A stretch of 64,000 bases of DNA. Origin: Amoebidium appalachense (taxonomy: Eukaryota; Protista; Ichthyosporea). Position numbers and translations under genes: made by a program. Shown in pieces: positions 62,932 through 64,000 of this stretch. Position 1 is the first letter of the stretch. Every line of letters starts with the position of its first letter. Under the pieces are notes generated by a model that worked only from the letters and a program-made list of their open reading frames with translations, did not search any database and had not been told where the DNA came from. The stretch is taken from contig CAVNZM010000012.1 of the NCBI GenBank assembly GCA_963693365.1, positions 5,406,889 through 5,470,888 on the forward strand, written 5' to 3'.

Positions 62932-64000
62932 GTAGTCGAGCTCGGTGTAAACACACGGCCTCCCCCTGTGGGGAGGTGCGGGGGGTGTCACGGTGGCGCG
63001 CGTGTGTGTGGATGGACCGTTCGATGGCAACAAGGATGCCTAGGCCCAGCTTCCACAGATTCGTACCCCCCTGCGCCTCCCGCAGCTGCCCAGCTGAGGC
63101 AGGGGGAGGCCACGGTCCACAGCCTTCGTTCCCGAACACAGCTGCCACGGAACCAGCTGAGTTTGGTTCTTTCCCCTCGGAAGTGGTACACCGGTGAGCC
63201 CGTAGCCCCCCATGTTAGTACCCCTGGTGAGGGCGTCACGGGCGCGGCTGAGCCAGGCTTGTTTCCCCATGTGTCTAATGATTTACTTCCACTTCCCCTT
63301 TTTGTAGTCCCGCTGTTGCTTGATGGTGTTAGGTTGTCCTCTCCAAGAAGACGTGGGAGGTTCAACAAGAGATTTGCTGTGTTAAAGTTGGTTAATAGAA
63401 CCATAGCTGCAATCAACACGTTGTATAATGGGCCACCTGGCTCGGTAGAATCTCCTAGGAACGATGTTTGGCACAACATGCACGACACCTCTTCCCAGAA
63501 TCACACACACTTTTCAACATTTTCCCCTCCTACCAGCACACATTTTTTTCCCACGCCTTTTCCTAAATCCACGCACTTTTCTCATGCACCCTCACCGGCA
63601 CAGACACAATCCATTCAGCGAATTTTCGTTTTTTGCGCGGATATGCGCCGCAGGATCAGCAATGTCCCCTTAGCGGCTGTGTCTGAATCTTTCCCATATT
63701 TCAATCACTCAAAAGCTTTCACCCCCATAGTTGCTGAGCGTATTGCCCTTCCTCCTGAGGGGTTTGGGGCAACAGTTCCGCTCCTAGAGGTCCTTCCACC
63801 TGACCTCAAGGAGATGATGGAGAAGCCAAACGTGTTGGTGGTGGCGTCAAATTGCACGGGTGACGCGGTCGGACAGCCGAACGGTCACGGAGTTTGCGGG
63901 CTTGGGGGCGTGTTGGCAACTGAGAGCACCACTGAGGGTGCTGAAGGAGCCCACCCTTTGCCCGGGCGTCCTGTCCATGCATTTGCGTCGCCTGCGGAGT
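62932..64000 (+). mobile_element. Open frame of at least 356 codons running off the window; possibly the N-terminal region of a DIRS/VIPER-like retroelement pol ORF
   Basis: Stop-free frame from 62932 to the window end, absent from the ORF track because it has no stop. Reads DLLPLP...SPRRRGRFNKR...VNRTIAAINTLY...PSPAQ...RI...IVAERIALPPEG..TVPLLEVLPP...SPAE. The resemblance to tyrosine-recombinase retroelement pre-RT regions is from memory only. Confidence 0.4.

Noticed and set aside
62988-63488. 166-aa minus-strand ORF near the right end
   Set aside because: Antisense to the longer uninterrupted plus-strand frame.

Overview
Eukaryotic genomic DNA, most likely from a unicellular opisthokont or holozoan. 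That assignment is an inference from an animal-like UBE2O, a fungal ADP1-type ABCG and a WRPW-tailed protein. Introns are saturated with poly(C)/poly(G) and (CA)n/(TG)n tracts, so most of the supplied ORF track is repeat noise. Three spliced genes can be reconstructed by hand: an ADP1-like EGF-ABCG transporter (minus, 11616-33678, ~30 exons), a UBE2O-like E2/E3 hybrid (minus, 38261-54232, ~23 exons) and eIF2-alpha (plus, 55281-60800, 4 coding exons). There are also two intronless ~390-aa transcription-regulator-like ORFs, one ending in WRPW, plus a hAT-type non-autonomous element, a Tc1/mariner MITE, an orphan exon and a probable retroelement ORF running off the right end. The best candidate for something undescribed is a dispersed, 5'-truncated, poly(C)-ended repeat family with at least 4 copies. 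Each copy lying in an assigned gene is in the sense orientation inside an intron. The family core folds into a covarying pseudoknotted RNA, and one copy is preceded by a ~350-nt multi-hairpin domain. Exon coordinates were read by eye and may be off by a few nt.
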